Of a stretch of 64,000 bases of DNA, positions 1-11,220 are shown piece after piece; within the stretch, counting starts at the first letter, position 1; every line of letters begins with the position of its first letter. Below the pieces are notes generated by a model. It worked only from the letters and a program-made list of their open reading frames with translations. It was not told the DNA's origin and ran no database searches. The position numbers and the translations under genes are program-made. The stretch is from Felis catus. Lineage: Eukaryota. Where the stretch lies: contig NC_058368.1 in NCBI RefSeq assembly GCF_018350175.1, forward strand, positions 227,046,001 through 227,110,000. The letters are read 5' to 3'.

Positions 1-352
1 ACTTTGCCATTTTTTACAACAGGGAGAATTGGTTTTAATTCAAAGGGAGTTGTAATAAAACAACTTTGTCATTCTTACAGTTCGGGAGGGAAATACTTGA
101 AATCCTCTGAACTATTGAACTGTCAAAGTTTCCCCAGCATCTGTGTTGCTGAAAATCAGACATACTATGGATATTGATTGAGTCTTCTAGAGCTCTATAG
201 AAGATTGATGATACATGTCTGAAGAACTTCCTTGTTAAGTTATCATGGCCGTACTCTTTGGTGGAATGCAGTCTATAGGCCAAATGTGGCCCTCGTAGGC
301 GTCTTCTTTAACCCACACCACGTTAAAAATAATCGAGAGAGTTCACCCCAAA

Positions 353-540
353 TTATTCATTCATGTATTCAGCAAACATTCACTGAGTACCTTCATACAT
401 CCCAAGCTCAGGACCAGATGCTAAAAAGTGCTCTCATGAAAAAAGACGTGCTTTTTGTTCTTATGATTTTTACAGTCAAGAAAAGAAGACGGGTAATCAA
501 ACAAGCAGTAAGAGAAAGTATGGTAAATGTTATGACAAAG
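353..540 (-). mobile_element. L2 LINE 3' end fragment
   Basis: ATTCATTCATGTATTCAGCAAACATTCACTGAGTACC resembles the reverse of the L2 (TGAA)n terminus. Confidence 0.55.
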
Positions 541-694
541 TAAAGGGCACTGCTGTGCGTATAAAATAACCAGTACTGATTGAGTGTTTACTATGCACGA
601 GGAGTTGTATGTTGTGCTTTACCACAGGCCGTCTTCAGCGCAATCCCATGAAGTGAGGAGCTATGATCATATCCATATTTCAGATGAGCATTCT

Positions 695-877
695 TTTTTT
701 TTTCATTATTTAATTTCTTGGGACAGAGAGAGGATGCAAGTGAGGGAGGGGCAGAAGGAAAAGGAGGGACAGAATCCAAAGCAGGCTCCGTGGGGCTCGA
801 TCTCACCAGCGTGAGATCATGACCTGAGCCAAAATCAAGAGTCAGACTCATAACCGACTGGGCTATCCAGGCGCCCC
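695..877 (-). mobile_element. Can-SINE
   Basis: Head CCAGGCGCCCC at 867-877, poly-T tail, TSD AGA(T/C)GAGCATTCT. Confidence 0.95.
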
Positions 878-909
878 TTAGACGAGCATTCTAAATAAGA
901 GAAAGCTTT

Positions 910-1103
910 GGGGCACCTGGGTGGCTCAGTCGGTTAAGCATCTGACTTCGGCTCAGGTCGTGATCTCACAGCTTGTGAGTTCGAGCCCTGCATCGGGCTC
1001 TAGGAGCCTGGAGCCTGCTTCGGATTCTGTGTCTCCCACTCTCTCTCTCTCTCTCTGCCCCTCCCCTGCTCACACTCTGTCTCTCTCTCAAAAAAAATAA
1101 ACA

Positions 1104-1138
<35 letters not shown>

Positions 1139-1141
1139 CAA
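910..1141 (+). mobile_element. Can-SINE (feliform type, short internal deletion)
   Basis: GGGGCACCTGGGTGGCTCAGTCGG head, B box GTTCGAGCCC, (CT)n, (AAAT)n tail, TSD AAAGCTTTG. Confidence 0.97.
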
Positions 1142-1441
1142 AAAGCTTTGGTAATTTGTCCAGTATCATAAAAACAGTTACCCTTTCAAAGTCAGTATTT
1201 TGATTTATCTATTCTGGATTATATTCTCAAGTCATTTATTTCAGGAAGGATCCAAGGTAGTGTCATGGCAACAACAATGAATTATTCATATCCTATTGGG
1301 GCTGCTAAACTGTTTTCTAATATGGTTTTTCTTATTTTCATCTGTGAATAAAGCATTTGTGGTCTAATGTAATGAATGTAGATTTTGGAGCCAGTTGGAC
1401 TTCAAACAGTATTTGAATCTGCTACGTTCTAGATTTGTGGC

Positions 1442-1712
1442 TGTAGCAGACAGAATTCTGGCCCACGTAATCTTCACCCTGTGGTGTTACACCCCTAATT
1501 ATGTTATGTTACATGCCAAAAAACACTTTGCAGATGTCATTGATGTTCTAAGCCAGTTGACCTTAAGATACAGGGATTGTCTAGATGGGCTTGCCTCAGT
1601 CAGATAAGATCCCTTTAAAGTGGGGAGGTTTCTCTGGTTGGAGACAGAAGAGATGCTTCAGAAGAAGTCAGAGAGATTAGAAGCATGATTCAATGTGCTG
1701 TTGCTGGCTTCC
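1442..1712 (+). mobile_element. MaLR LTR fragment (MLT1D/E-like)
   Basis: TGTAGCAGACAGAAT start; TATGTTATGTTACATGCCAAAA...CTTTGCAGATGT motif typical of MLT1. Confidence 0.7.
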
Positions 1713-2585
1713 TGGGTGCCTAACACGTGTCACACAGGGTCTTAGGCATTTAGTAAATGGTGAATCTTGATGTTGATTAAATCTTGATGAGAAAGGCCCT
1801 TTTATCATGTAAAACTACTCGCAACTATGGCTACCAAAATTTGGGTTTCATAGTCATGATTCTCCATTCACTGGCCAACAACCTAGACGGACCCAACCGA
1901 AGTCCATTCTCTATGTTCCCAGTGGGCATCAATGTGCATGATCCCACCCAAACACATTTTATTTCTCTGGTTATAGAAGACTTTTTTTTTTTACTGCTTG
2001 TTCCTTACTCTGATGCCATTCATTTACACATCTCTAATGTGGTGCACTCAGTATAGGCAACATTATAAGCACCAAAAAGCACCTCACGGTTATGAGCCGC
2101 ATATATTTATATTTTGAATTACAATTTAGCAGTAAATAGCTTCTAATCCTTTGGGGGAAAGCCAGGATATATATCAATCATCAATTAACTTTCCATTCCC
2201 AGCCAAAAAAAAAAATGCATATAAAAATAGACAAAATACAGTAGCCTTGTTAAAATAGGACATCTTACCCATCTGGAAAATAGTCTCTGCCTTAAGTTCT
2301 ATGCTATTTTGAGTAAACCAGTATATCACTGTTTACTGTACAAGTTCATCAATAGGTCAATTACTGAAATGCTGATTAAAAAGTGACCTTTGGGAACTCA
2401 ACTTTGTTCTTAAGGCAATTTTTACTTAAACTAATATACCTGCTCTGAACTTACCTGTTTTGCAAATTCCAAATACACGTAAGATTTTGTTTTCTTATCT
2501 CAATGTACATCTAACAAGACAACTTTAGCAGGAAAATTCAAGGTGCTCTATAGTTCTATTCATTCATCCATCCTTCACTTTTTAA

Positions 2586-2807
2586 AAATGTTTGTTTGTT
2601 TGTTTGTTTGTTTGTTTGTTTTTGAGAGAAAGAGAGAGAGGTTGCGCACAATGGGGGAGGGGCCGAGAGAGAGAGGGAGACACCGAATCCAAAGCAGGCT
2701 CCAAGCTGTCAGCACAGAGTCCAGTCCTGGGCTTGAACTCACGAATTGTGAGATCATGACATGAGCCCAAGTTAGATGTTCAACTAACTGAGCCACCCAG
2801 GCACCCC
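2586..2807 (-). mobile_element. Can-SINE
   Basis: Reverse head GAGCCACCCAGGCACCCC, (TTTG)n tail, TSD CATC(C/T)TTCACTTTT. Confidence 0.96.
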
Positions 2808-3924
2808 TTCCCCATCTTTCACTTTTAATTATCAGTAGCATTAGTATGTATTGAGCTATGATGTAAGCAAGGCAATATTTCCATTTTTTTTCTGCCTTCA
2901 AGAGTTTCCAATCCACTAAGGAGCTAAGAGAGACACAAGTAATCATGGTACAAGGAATACAAGATAGACCTTGTATAGATCATCTCCCAGGGCTGAGTAA
3001 AGAACCATCCCATCCATGAGTAAGACTTGGAGGCAAATTCTCTATATAGCAGTGGAAAGATAACCCAACCATGATGTGCTATCACTCACTCTTCAAGTTA
3101 CTTCAAGCAGGCCACTTCCCCTCCCTGGGCTCTGGTGCTTTTGAAAATGGGGGGAACTCTCCATGTAAAACAGGAGTGGTCCCTTGCTGCCCCAGGACCT
3201 CGTGGCCAGTCTACTTGTTGTCCCTTGGTCCTCACCCAACTGAGGAATCGGAAACAAGAAAGACAGAACTAAGAGACTGGGGAGGAACCTGGCTTCAGGC
3301 CTCTTTCTCTCTCCAGCCAGAGGCAGGAAACAGAGATTTACAAAGAAGGGAAAAACACAACGTGGGAATTTCCCCGGGACACCTCAGCAAGGATGCAGAA
3401 ATTAATACTGAAGGTTCACGATTTTCACATCAGAGGTCACTTGAATTCAGAACACAAATAATCTCATCTAGTCTTACCTTTACGCCTCAAGATATCACTC
3501 AACACCTAACATTGCTGGAATTATGCTTACCAGAATTCATAAAACTATACACCTCCGTCTCATCAGCTTATGTCCATTGAGTAGAAACTGGCACCTACAC
3601 AGAATTTGAACCCAAATCTCTTCCTGGGTGTGGAAGGTCGGTCACTTCCTTACCCCTTCCCTAAATTTATCACCCATTTCTCACATCTATTCTCTGCAAT
3701 ATGAGATTCTAAGAACTGGAAGTGCCAGATGGCTCCTAAGACATATAATCACCATTTTTAACTTCAAATAAAATGAGTTTGAAGAAGTCTTTAACACTTT
3801 CGGTTCACTCTTCATTTTAATCCCTCAAATTACCCACTAATCCTAAAATTTGGGGGCCACTTAAAAGAAACACTAAGAATTTCAAATACACTAGGCAGGG
3901 CACAGACACCCATCACATCGTGAC

Positions 3925-4160
3925 TATGTACAACAGGGGCTGAGAACGTGAACTCGGAAGTCACACTGCGTGGGTCTGCAGCCCATGTTCGAGAAGAGGG
4001 GAATTAGTGCTCACTTGTTGCAGAGACGCATCTCAAAGAATTCGCGAACATATTTTTTAAAGTACCACACCACCCTACGGGATTACGGTCAAGAGTAAAG
4101 GAATCAGTGCACGTGAAACGCCTACGACATATACGAGAGCTTGATAAATACCAGCCCTTA
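3925..4160 (+). mobile_element. MIR remnant
   Basis: GGCTGAGAACGTGAACTCGGAAGTCACACTGCGTGGGT and GTGCACGTGAAACGCCT resemble the MIR 5' and 3' parts. Confidence 0.45.
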
Positions 4161-5069
4161 CGACTAGTTTTGTTATTCATGGCGTGTTCATTGTGTTCCA
4201 GGCCCTGTGATCTGTCCAGGAGAGGCAGAGGCAGAAAGAAACTTACGAGGGTCTGAGTCTGGAGCCACACCGTCCAAGCCAAGGATGAAGGCACACGTGG
4301 GGGAGAAGAATACCAGGACGCAAAGACAAGGTCTAAGTTACGTCAACCCCAAATGCCATCTTCCTTCTGGACTGGCCTTAATGTTTAAGTCACTTCAAAT
4401 TGTTGATATTCCCATCCAAAACCGTCCTCGCTGAGAGATCCTTAGATACTCACTGCTGTATTTTACATATTTGTTTAATCAATAAGCTAAACCACTGCGA
4501 CCAGCTGGTCACTTTTAGTCATGTGAATGGCCTCAGGAGAATCTATTGAATTAGTCCAAATTTCATAGCACCTACATTTAATGTATACATGCCGAGTGTC
4601 TGATGGCTCATTTTCTTCCTGGAGATTCAGTGGAAAGCACAGATGGCATGTCATTCTCACTCTGTAATAGTTTCATCATTTAAAGGGTCAGACAAGAAGA
4701 GCAGGAAAACACAATATAGTAGCTCCTTGCTAAGTATGCTCCTTAAACATATTTTCATTTCCTTGGGAATATTTGGTTTGGAAAAGAAAAAGAGCCACAG
4801 AATTTTTTAATAAATTGGGAAACATTCCTATGTGGAGTTTTAGTTAATTACGGAAACTCACACACTGCTAATTCCTAGCCATCTATCTTTGGGCAGACTC
4901 TTTAAATTTCTTGTTGGAGTCAGGATATTTTCTTTGGTTTGACATTAATGATATTTAAAAATTAATTTTTCACCCACAGGAAATATTAGTCTTTCGTCTG
5001 GGAGTCAAGAAGATTCTTCTTCTCAGATAAATCATCAGTGAGTCAGCCAGCTCTGAAACTCAAGATCCA

Positions 5070-5190
5070 TAAATCATAAAATCATGAGATCGAAGGCATC
5101 TTAGGATCTCCAAGCCCCGTCCTTATGGGGATAAGGATGCTGAATCCTCGAGAAGTGAACAAAATTGCCTCGAGTCACAACATGGAAAGG
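5070..5190 (-). mobile_element. MIR3/MIR remnant
   Basis: AATCATAAAATCATGAGATCGAAGGCATCTTAGG...GAGAAGTGAAC...TTGCCTCGAGTCACA. Confidence 0.4.
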
Positions 5191-6830
5191 GCAGGCCAAA
5201 ATCCACTTCCCCTTTCTACTTCCCTTATTTTGTAGCTACGTTATTACTGGACTTAGAAATGCATTCCAACTGTTGCTTTAAATACATAAAATTCTGAATT
5301 GAACTTTAATTATTAATCAGTAATGAAAATGGAAAAGAAACAGAAGCTTCTACATTCTTTTCTTTCCCTCTGCGTCTGTTTGATGTCTCTGTCCGACCTG
5401 GGTGGACTTGACGTCCCCAGTGTTTGCAGCCCTTTAGGGACGATTTCTCACTTTTTCCGTTCCGAAGCGTCACAAATTAGAAGTTAGGAAAGTTGTATGT
5501 TCTCGAGTCAAGGTCTTTAGCTTACAAGTCAGCCATTTAATTAACCATCAGATTTGCCTAAAAATGATTTGTGTTTTATAGCTTGGCCCTCCACCATTTG
5601 CTGCCTCCCCACCAAAAGATGATCGGAGCTCCTCCTACGGTTGGCTGCCCCTCAAACACACTTGAAGACAACAGAGGATTTTGTAGCCTTATACCTACGC
5701 TCTTCACACTGTTGCTCTGCCCAGGGAACGCCATGAATAGCACTTATTAATCTTGTCGAAAGAATTTTGGCTTTGAGCGTACAATGTGCGCTTCGGGGAA
5801 CATCAGCTTTCACCTCTGTGTGTCCTTCTCGGGATTTCATCTCAGTATCTTAAAACGGGGGGAGGGTTTCTTACAAAGGAGAGCGATTTCCTTGTTGTAC
5901 ATCAACTTACCGAGTTTCTCTCTGGAAATCGTTGCCCAAATGGTTCACATTAGTTGATTCCCGTTTCTCAGTTAATCATCTAGTCAACAGAGCCTTAACG
6001 CCAATGTTTCATATTTTAGGGTGTCTTAGACTTTCTAGAGCAGCAACTTCTTTGTGTGCCTTGGAGATAATTCTTGTAATTAAAGAATATTGCGTTTCTA
6101 CAAAGCCATAGCCAAATAGACACAAGGCTATGTCTCTGCCCTGTGGCTGTTTAAATGTTAAATTGATCAAGACCTATTTCACAATGTCCTCATGGAGTTA
6201 ATAAGAAGCATGCTGTAGATTGATTCCCCAAGAAAGGGACGAAGGGGAAATTCACAGAAGTCTAATATTGGCTTGGCGAATATAATAAGTAAGGTTATGG
6301 GTAAAACCAAAGAAATGCCATCAAGCTGCAAAACTCAAAGGTATAGAAGCATCGTTTTTTAAAAAAATGAAGCCACTACAGTTATTCTTTTCCTAAGACA
6401 TCATTCACCCCATCATGACTCAAACACGGGAAGTGGGAGAGAGCAGGATCGGGGAATCCCACTCTTAAACAAGGGTGGTGGGGTTGCGTTTTCATTCAAT
6501 GAGATGAAGGAAAACAAATAAAACTTGCCTCCACATCCCGATTTACTGGAGCGACTGGAATTCAACCTCATTTATGTTGGGGGTTGAAAGAATGACATTC
6601 ATTCATGTCATATGAGGATTTAAGGGGCTAACGGTACCAGGAGATTCCGGGGAAAGGCTGCAGGCTTCAGTCTGCATGGTCCACTCAAATGCCAAGTGTG
6701 GGCACAAAAAAACCTTCACTGTGGTTTCTAAGGTTGTGGCCTTCACCCTTCATGAAACCACTTGCTTAACACCCATGTGTCATTCAGCAAATGCATCTCC
6801 TCTCTAGGAAGCCTTGGTTCCTAACATCAC

Positions 6831-7605
6831 TTTTTTAAAATCAGATTTATTAAAATACAACCCATATATTATATCATTCATCCACTTAAAGTATATGCTT
6901 CAATGGTTTTTAGTACATTCATAGATATGTGCAAACATCACCATGGCCAATTTAGGAACATTTTAATCACCTCAATAAGAAACCACATACCCATTAACAG
7001 TAACTCCTATCATCCTCCTTCAGTCACAAGTCTACCCTCAATCTCTACAGATTTTCCTATTGTGGCCTTTTGCATAAATGGAATCATACAGTAGATAATC
7101 TTTGTGACCGGCTTCTTTCATTTAGCCTATGATGTTTCAGGTTCATCCATGCTGTAGCGTATATCAGAACTTTGTTCCTTTTCATTACAGAATGCTATTC
7201 CCCTGAATGGACATACCACATTTTATTAATCTCAGTTCATCGGTTGTTGGACATTTGGGTGGTTTCCACTTTTTGACTGTTGCACGAGTGCTGCTATGAC
7301 CACCTGTGTACAAGTTTTTGTGTGAACGTATGTTTTCACTTTTCTTGGATCTACACCTAAGAGGGAAATTGCTGGGTCGGATGGTAACTTCATGTTTAAC
7401 GTGTTGAGGAAGTGCCAGACTGTTCCAAAGTGGCTGCACCACTTTGGTGGATATTTCTCCACATCCTTGCCAGTGCTTTTTTTATGTATTGTCTTTTTTT
7501 TTTTTTTTTAATTTTAGCCATCCTAGTACGTGGGAAATAGTATTGCATTGTAGTTTTGGTTTTCATTTCCCTAATGACTCCCGCTAAGCATATTTTTCCG
7601 TGCCT
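6831..7605 (-). mobile_element. L1 3' end (L1MB-like), ORF2 C-terminus and 3'UTR
   Basis: Minus-strand ORF reads KLPSDPAISLLGVDPRKVKTYVHTKTCTQVVIAAL, like the L1 ORF2 C-terminus; 3'UTR pattern CTTAAAGTATATGCTTCAATGGTTTTTAGTACATTCA. Confidence 0.9.
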
Positions 7606-8059
7606 ACCACATTTTGAAAGCCCCCAAAGCTTCTGCTGCCTTCTTCCTAAGTGAAGCTCTTTCCAGCATGGGCTTTCAAACCCCAGGGTCCCCTTCCCTT
7701 TTCAGACACAAATACTTCTTATCTCTGGTGCGAGAATGTTTGAAACTTAGTTCTGAAAGCACAGCTTATTGAAGAAGGAAGTGAAGCATGGGAAAAGAGC
7801 ACCTGCAAGGTGAGGAGACCCCCAAGAGTGGTTTCCTGTGTGACGTGGACCTTCAAAGCAGACACTGAGCGGATGGTCTCTACTGGTCGGCCAGAAATAG
7901 CACTACCCAAGCCTGAGGGTGATGCAATGGGAGGACCCCAAAATGTCGGGACCCTCGCGATTCTGTTTTCCCATGGCCTGGCCCCTTGCTAAGAAAAACA
8001 CAAGGACAAGTACTGCTCAATATTTCCCTTCACGCTGTGTTTAAACTTGCACCTATGTT

Positions 8060-8083
8060 AAAAAAAAAAAAAAAAAAAAAAAA
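8060..8083. repeat. poly-A tract
   Basis: Run of about 24 A. Confidence 0.9.
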
Positions 8084-8142
8084 GACTCCTGAGCGCAAGA
8101 CAAACAGCACCGGAAAATTCTTGTGCAAATTAGCAATCAAAG

Positions 8143-8417
8143 TATTCCAGTTATAAAATTAGTGAGTCATGCTCTCTCTCTCTCTCTCTCAAAAGTAAAT
8201 CAACATTAAAAAATAAAATAAAAAAATAAGATTAGTAAGTGATGGAGATGAAAAGTACAGCATCGGGAATATAGTCAAAATATTGTAATAATGTTGTACG
8301 GTGACAGATGGTGATTACCTACCGTGTATTGTGGTGAGCATTGAGGAATGTATAGAATTGTCCAATCACAATGTTGCGCACCTGAAACTAACATGTCAAC
8401 TATACATTAATAACAAA
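8143..8417 (+). mobile_element. Carnivore L1 3'UTR fragment (L1_Carn-like) containing a SINE-tail insertion
   Basis: TTCCAGTTATAAA...GGAGATGAAAAGTACAGCATCGGGAATATAGTCAA...CACCTGAAACTAA...GTCAACTATAC. Confidence 0.85.
8171..8225 (+). mobile_element. 5'-truncated Can-SINE (CT tract and A tail only)
   Basis: (CT)n CAAAAGTAAATCAACATTAAAAAA flanked by ATAAAATTAGTGAGTCATG / ATAAGATTAGTAAGTGATG. Confidence 0.75.
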
Positions 8418-8461
8418 ATGTTTTTATTTTTATATACATATTTTATATATAATATAATATT

Positions 8462-8493
8462 GTGTGCGTGCGTGTGTGTGTGTGTGTGTGTGT
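8462..8493. repeat. (TG)n microsatellite
   Basis: Direct reading. Confidence 0.9.
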
Positions 8494-8557
8494 ATGCTCA
8501 AAAACAGGATAATTGGTGATACAATAATTTGATTAAGGCCTGTTCAGAAAATTTTGA

Positions 8558-8750
8558 GGGGGCCTCTGGGTGGCTCTGTCTGTTAAGCATCAGACTCTTA
8601 ATTTCGGTTCAGGTCATGATGTCACAGTTTATGAGTCCGAGCCGCACATCGGTCTTTGTGTTGACAGTGCAGAGCCTGCTTGGGATTCTCTCTCTCCCTC
8701 TCTCTCCCTCCCCAATCACTCTCTCTAAATAAATAAATAAATAAATATTT
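8558..8750 (+). mobile_element. Can-SINE (older)
   Basis: Diverged head GGGGGCCTCTGGGTGGCTC, GAGCCTGCTTGGGATTCTCTCTC, (AAAT)n tail. Confidence 0.93.
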
Positions 8751-8916
8751 AAAATACCTTGAGGGGAAAAAAGAGAGAATCTGAGAGTGAATGAAGAGAG
8801 AAATGCTGTATATTTATTGCTTTGCTGTGTTATATCTGTGAAGAGAACTCCTTTCTTGAACGGGCTCATAAGGAGCGAAAACCCTATAAATAGGTTTTAT
8901 TTACCAAAAATATCTT

Positions 8917-9112
8917 GGGGTCCCTGGGTGGCTTAATCGGTAAGCGTCCGACTTCAGGTCATGATCTCATGGTTTGTGAGTTCGAGCCCCACATGGGGCT
9001 CTGTGCTGACAGCTCAGAGCCCGGAGCCTGCTTCGGATTCTGTGTCTCCCTCTCTCTCTGTTCCTCCCCCACTCACACTCTGTCTCCCTCTCAAAAATAA
9101 ATAAAAATTTAA
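8917..9112 (+). mobile_element. Can-SINE (feliform type)
   Basis: Head, B box, GGCTCTGTGCTGACAGCTCAGAG, CT tract, A tail. Confidence 0.96.
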
Positions 9113-9199
9113 AAAAATCTTTATAATAATTATTTTTCTCCAAAGCTTTTTGTCCTTAGCCAAATGCTTCCTGGGGTGAACTCATTAGATGAAGAGGGC

Positions 9200-9382
9200 T
9201 ATATTAGTTTGTTCTGACTGCTATAACAAAGTACCACAGACTGGGTGGCCTAAACAACAGACATTTCTTTTCTCACAGTTCTAGAGGCTGCAAGTCTGAG
9301 ATCAAAGTGTCTGCAGAGTAAGTTTCTTCTGCAACCTCTCTCCTTGGGCCGTCTTCCCCGAGCAACCTCACAGGGTCTTCCC

Positions 9383-9418
<36 letters not shown>

Positions 9419-9928
9419 TAACCTCCTCTTCTTATAAGGACACAAGTTGCTATGGTCTGAATAGCAAAATTCATACATTGAATGCTAAGCCCCAAGGTGA
9501 TGGTATTAGCAGGTGGGGCCTTTGGAGGTCATTAGGTCCTGTATGTGGAGCTCTCATGAATGGGATTAGAGGCTCCGGAGAGGTTTTTCATCCTTCCCAT
9601 CATGTGACGACACAGCGAGAAGATCATCTATAAAGCAGGAGGAGGACTCCCAAAGACACCATATCTTGCCAGAGCCTTGATCTTGGACTTCCCAGTCTCT
9701 AGAACTGTGAGAAACAGCTCTCTGCTGTTTATAAGCCACCAGTCTATGGTGTTGTGTTAAAGTAAGCTGAGCAGACTAAAACCCCAGTCATATTCAGTTA
9801 GGGCCCACCCATATGCCTCTTATTACCTTAATTATCTCTTGAAAGGCCGTATCTTCAAATACAATCACATTCTGAGGTTTAATATTTCAACATATGAATT
9901 TTGGAAGGACACAATGCATCCCATAACA
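9200..9928 (-). mobile_element. MaLR solo LTR (MLT1B-like), interrupted at 9448-9783
   Basis: TATTAGTTT...CTGCTATAACAAAGTACCACAGACTGGGTGGC start; CTTATAAGGACA|CCAGTCATATT continuity across the insert; ends CCCATAACA. Confidence 0.88.
9448..9783 (+). mobile_element. MaLR solo LTR (MLT1A/A0-like) nested in MLT1B
   Basis: TGCTATGGTCTGAAT start, CTTGATCTTGGACTTCCCAGTCTCTAGAACTGTGAGAAA, GACTAAAAC end, 5-bp TSD CAAGT/CCAGT. Confidence 0.88.
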
Positions 9929-10155
9929 AGAGTCATGCAATAAATTACTGAAGTTACATAATACTATGGTATTATACAAACTGTGTGGACACTTATTACT
10001 TCATTCAATTCTAACAAAAAAGTCTATGATTTAGACATCTATTTTTAATAGAAAAAAGTATGAAAATAGAAGCTCGGGGAGATTGAGAGCGTTTTTCCAA
10101 TTTTATTTGGCAAACCGGATACTTGTTTCTTAACATTTCAAAATACCCCAGTACC

Positions 10156-10367
10156 GGGGCGCTTGGGTGGCTCAGTCGGTAAGCCTCCAACTTCGACTCA
10201 GGTCATGTTCTCACAGTTCGTGGGTTCGAGCCCCGTGTCGGGCTCTGTGCTGACAGTTCAGATCCTGGAGCCTGCTTCGGATTCTGTGTCTCCCTCTCTC
10301 TCTGCCCTTTCCCCACTCCTGCTCTGTCTCTGTCTCTGTTTCTCTCTCTCAAAAATAAACATTTAAA
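10156..10367 (+). mobile_element. Can-SINE (feliform type)
   Basis: Full head, B box, CT tract, AAAATAAACATT. Confidence 0.96.
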
Positions 10368-10469
10368 TTATGGTTTTAAAAAGAGAGGCCACTGTTTATT
10401 TTAAAACTGTAAATTTTAAAATACATTTACTTTATTTATTATATAAATGTATTATGTTTTTATCACATA

Positions 10470-10620
10470 GAGAAAAGCTGGAACTACACTTAATGTTCAC
10501 CAACAATAAATGGTCATGCATACTGTAAAATATTATACAGCCATCTAAAAAGAAAAAGATATATATACATTGACCTAATCATAAGTCTATGACATACTAA
10601 ATTAAAAAAATAAAGTTATT
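10470..10620 (+). mobile_element. Old L1 (L1ME/MC-like) 3' remnant
   Basis: AATAAATGGTCATGCATACTGTAAAATATTATACAGCCATCTAAAAAG resembles the L1 ORF2 end. Confidence 0.45.
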
Positions 10621-10710
10621 AAAGTAAGCTGTGTTCCTTAAATAATTTTAAAGAATAAAGTCAAGAATAAAATTATATCTATAAAAATCTCATTAAATTA
10701 TAATTTTCAA

Positions 10711-10830
10711 GGGGGGTGGGAGGGAGGGGAGGGTGGGTGATGGGTATTGAGGAGGGAACTTTTCGGGATGAGCACTGGGTGTTGTATGGAAACCAATTTG
10801 ACAATAAATTTCGTATATTGAAAAAAAAAA
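10711..10830 (+). mobile_element. Young cat-type L1 3' terminus (heavily 5'-truncated)
   Basis: G-rich tract, GGGATGAGCACTGGGTGTTGTATGGAAACCAATTTGACAATAAA, poly-A, TSD ATAATTTTCA at 10700-10709 and 10833-10842. Confidence 0.92.
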
Positions 10831-10842
10831 TGATAATTTTCA

Positions 10843-11010
10843 GGGCACCTGGGTGGCTTAGTTAGTTAAGCGTCCAACTTTGTCTCAGGTCATAATCTCA
10901 CGGTTTCTAGGTTCAGGCCCCACGTTGGGCTCTGTGCTGACAGCTCAGAGCCTGGAGCCGGCTTCAGATTCTGTGTTTCCCTCTCTCTCTCTCTGTCTCT
11001 CCCCCACTTG

Positions 11011-11048
<38 letters not shown>

Positions 11049-11080
11049 AATAAATAAATAAATGTTAAAAAAACATTTGT
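10843..11080 (+). mobile_element. Can-SINE (feliform type)
   Basis: GGGCACCTGGGTGGC head, CT tract, A tail. Confidence 0.96.
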
Positions 11081-11133
11081 AATTATAATTCAAAAAGTTA
11101 AAACCATAACACAAATATAGAGTCAAAGTGTGT

Positions 11134-11220
11134 CCCAATGCGGGGCTCGAGCTCATGAACCGTGAGATCATGACCTGAGCAGAAGTCAGACGCTTAACTG
11201 ACTGAGCCACCCAGGCGCCC
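11134..11220 (-). mobile_element. Can-SINE, tRNA-like head only
   Basis: GCGGGGCTCGAGCTCATGAACCGTGAGATCATGACCTGAGC...CCCAGGCGCCC with no CT tract or tail. Confidence 0.9.

Larger units (their letters stand above)
570..1170 (-). mobile_element. MIR SINE interrupted by two Can-SINEs
   Basis: MIR core (ATTGAGTGTTTACTATG...CCATATTTCAGATGAG...GGTAATTTGTCCAG) is restored when 695-877 and 910-1141 are removed. Confidence 0.6.

Noticed and set aside
79..148. Possible 70-nt minus-strand exon (TTTTCAG|...ACT|GTAAGA), QHRCWGNFDSSIVQRISSISLPN
   Set aside because: Moderate splice signals, unrecognised peptide, expected by chance without RNA evidence
5905..5975. Minus-strand donor CG|GTAAGT
   Set aside because: No convincing acceptor or recognisable peptide
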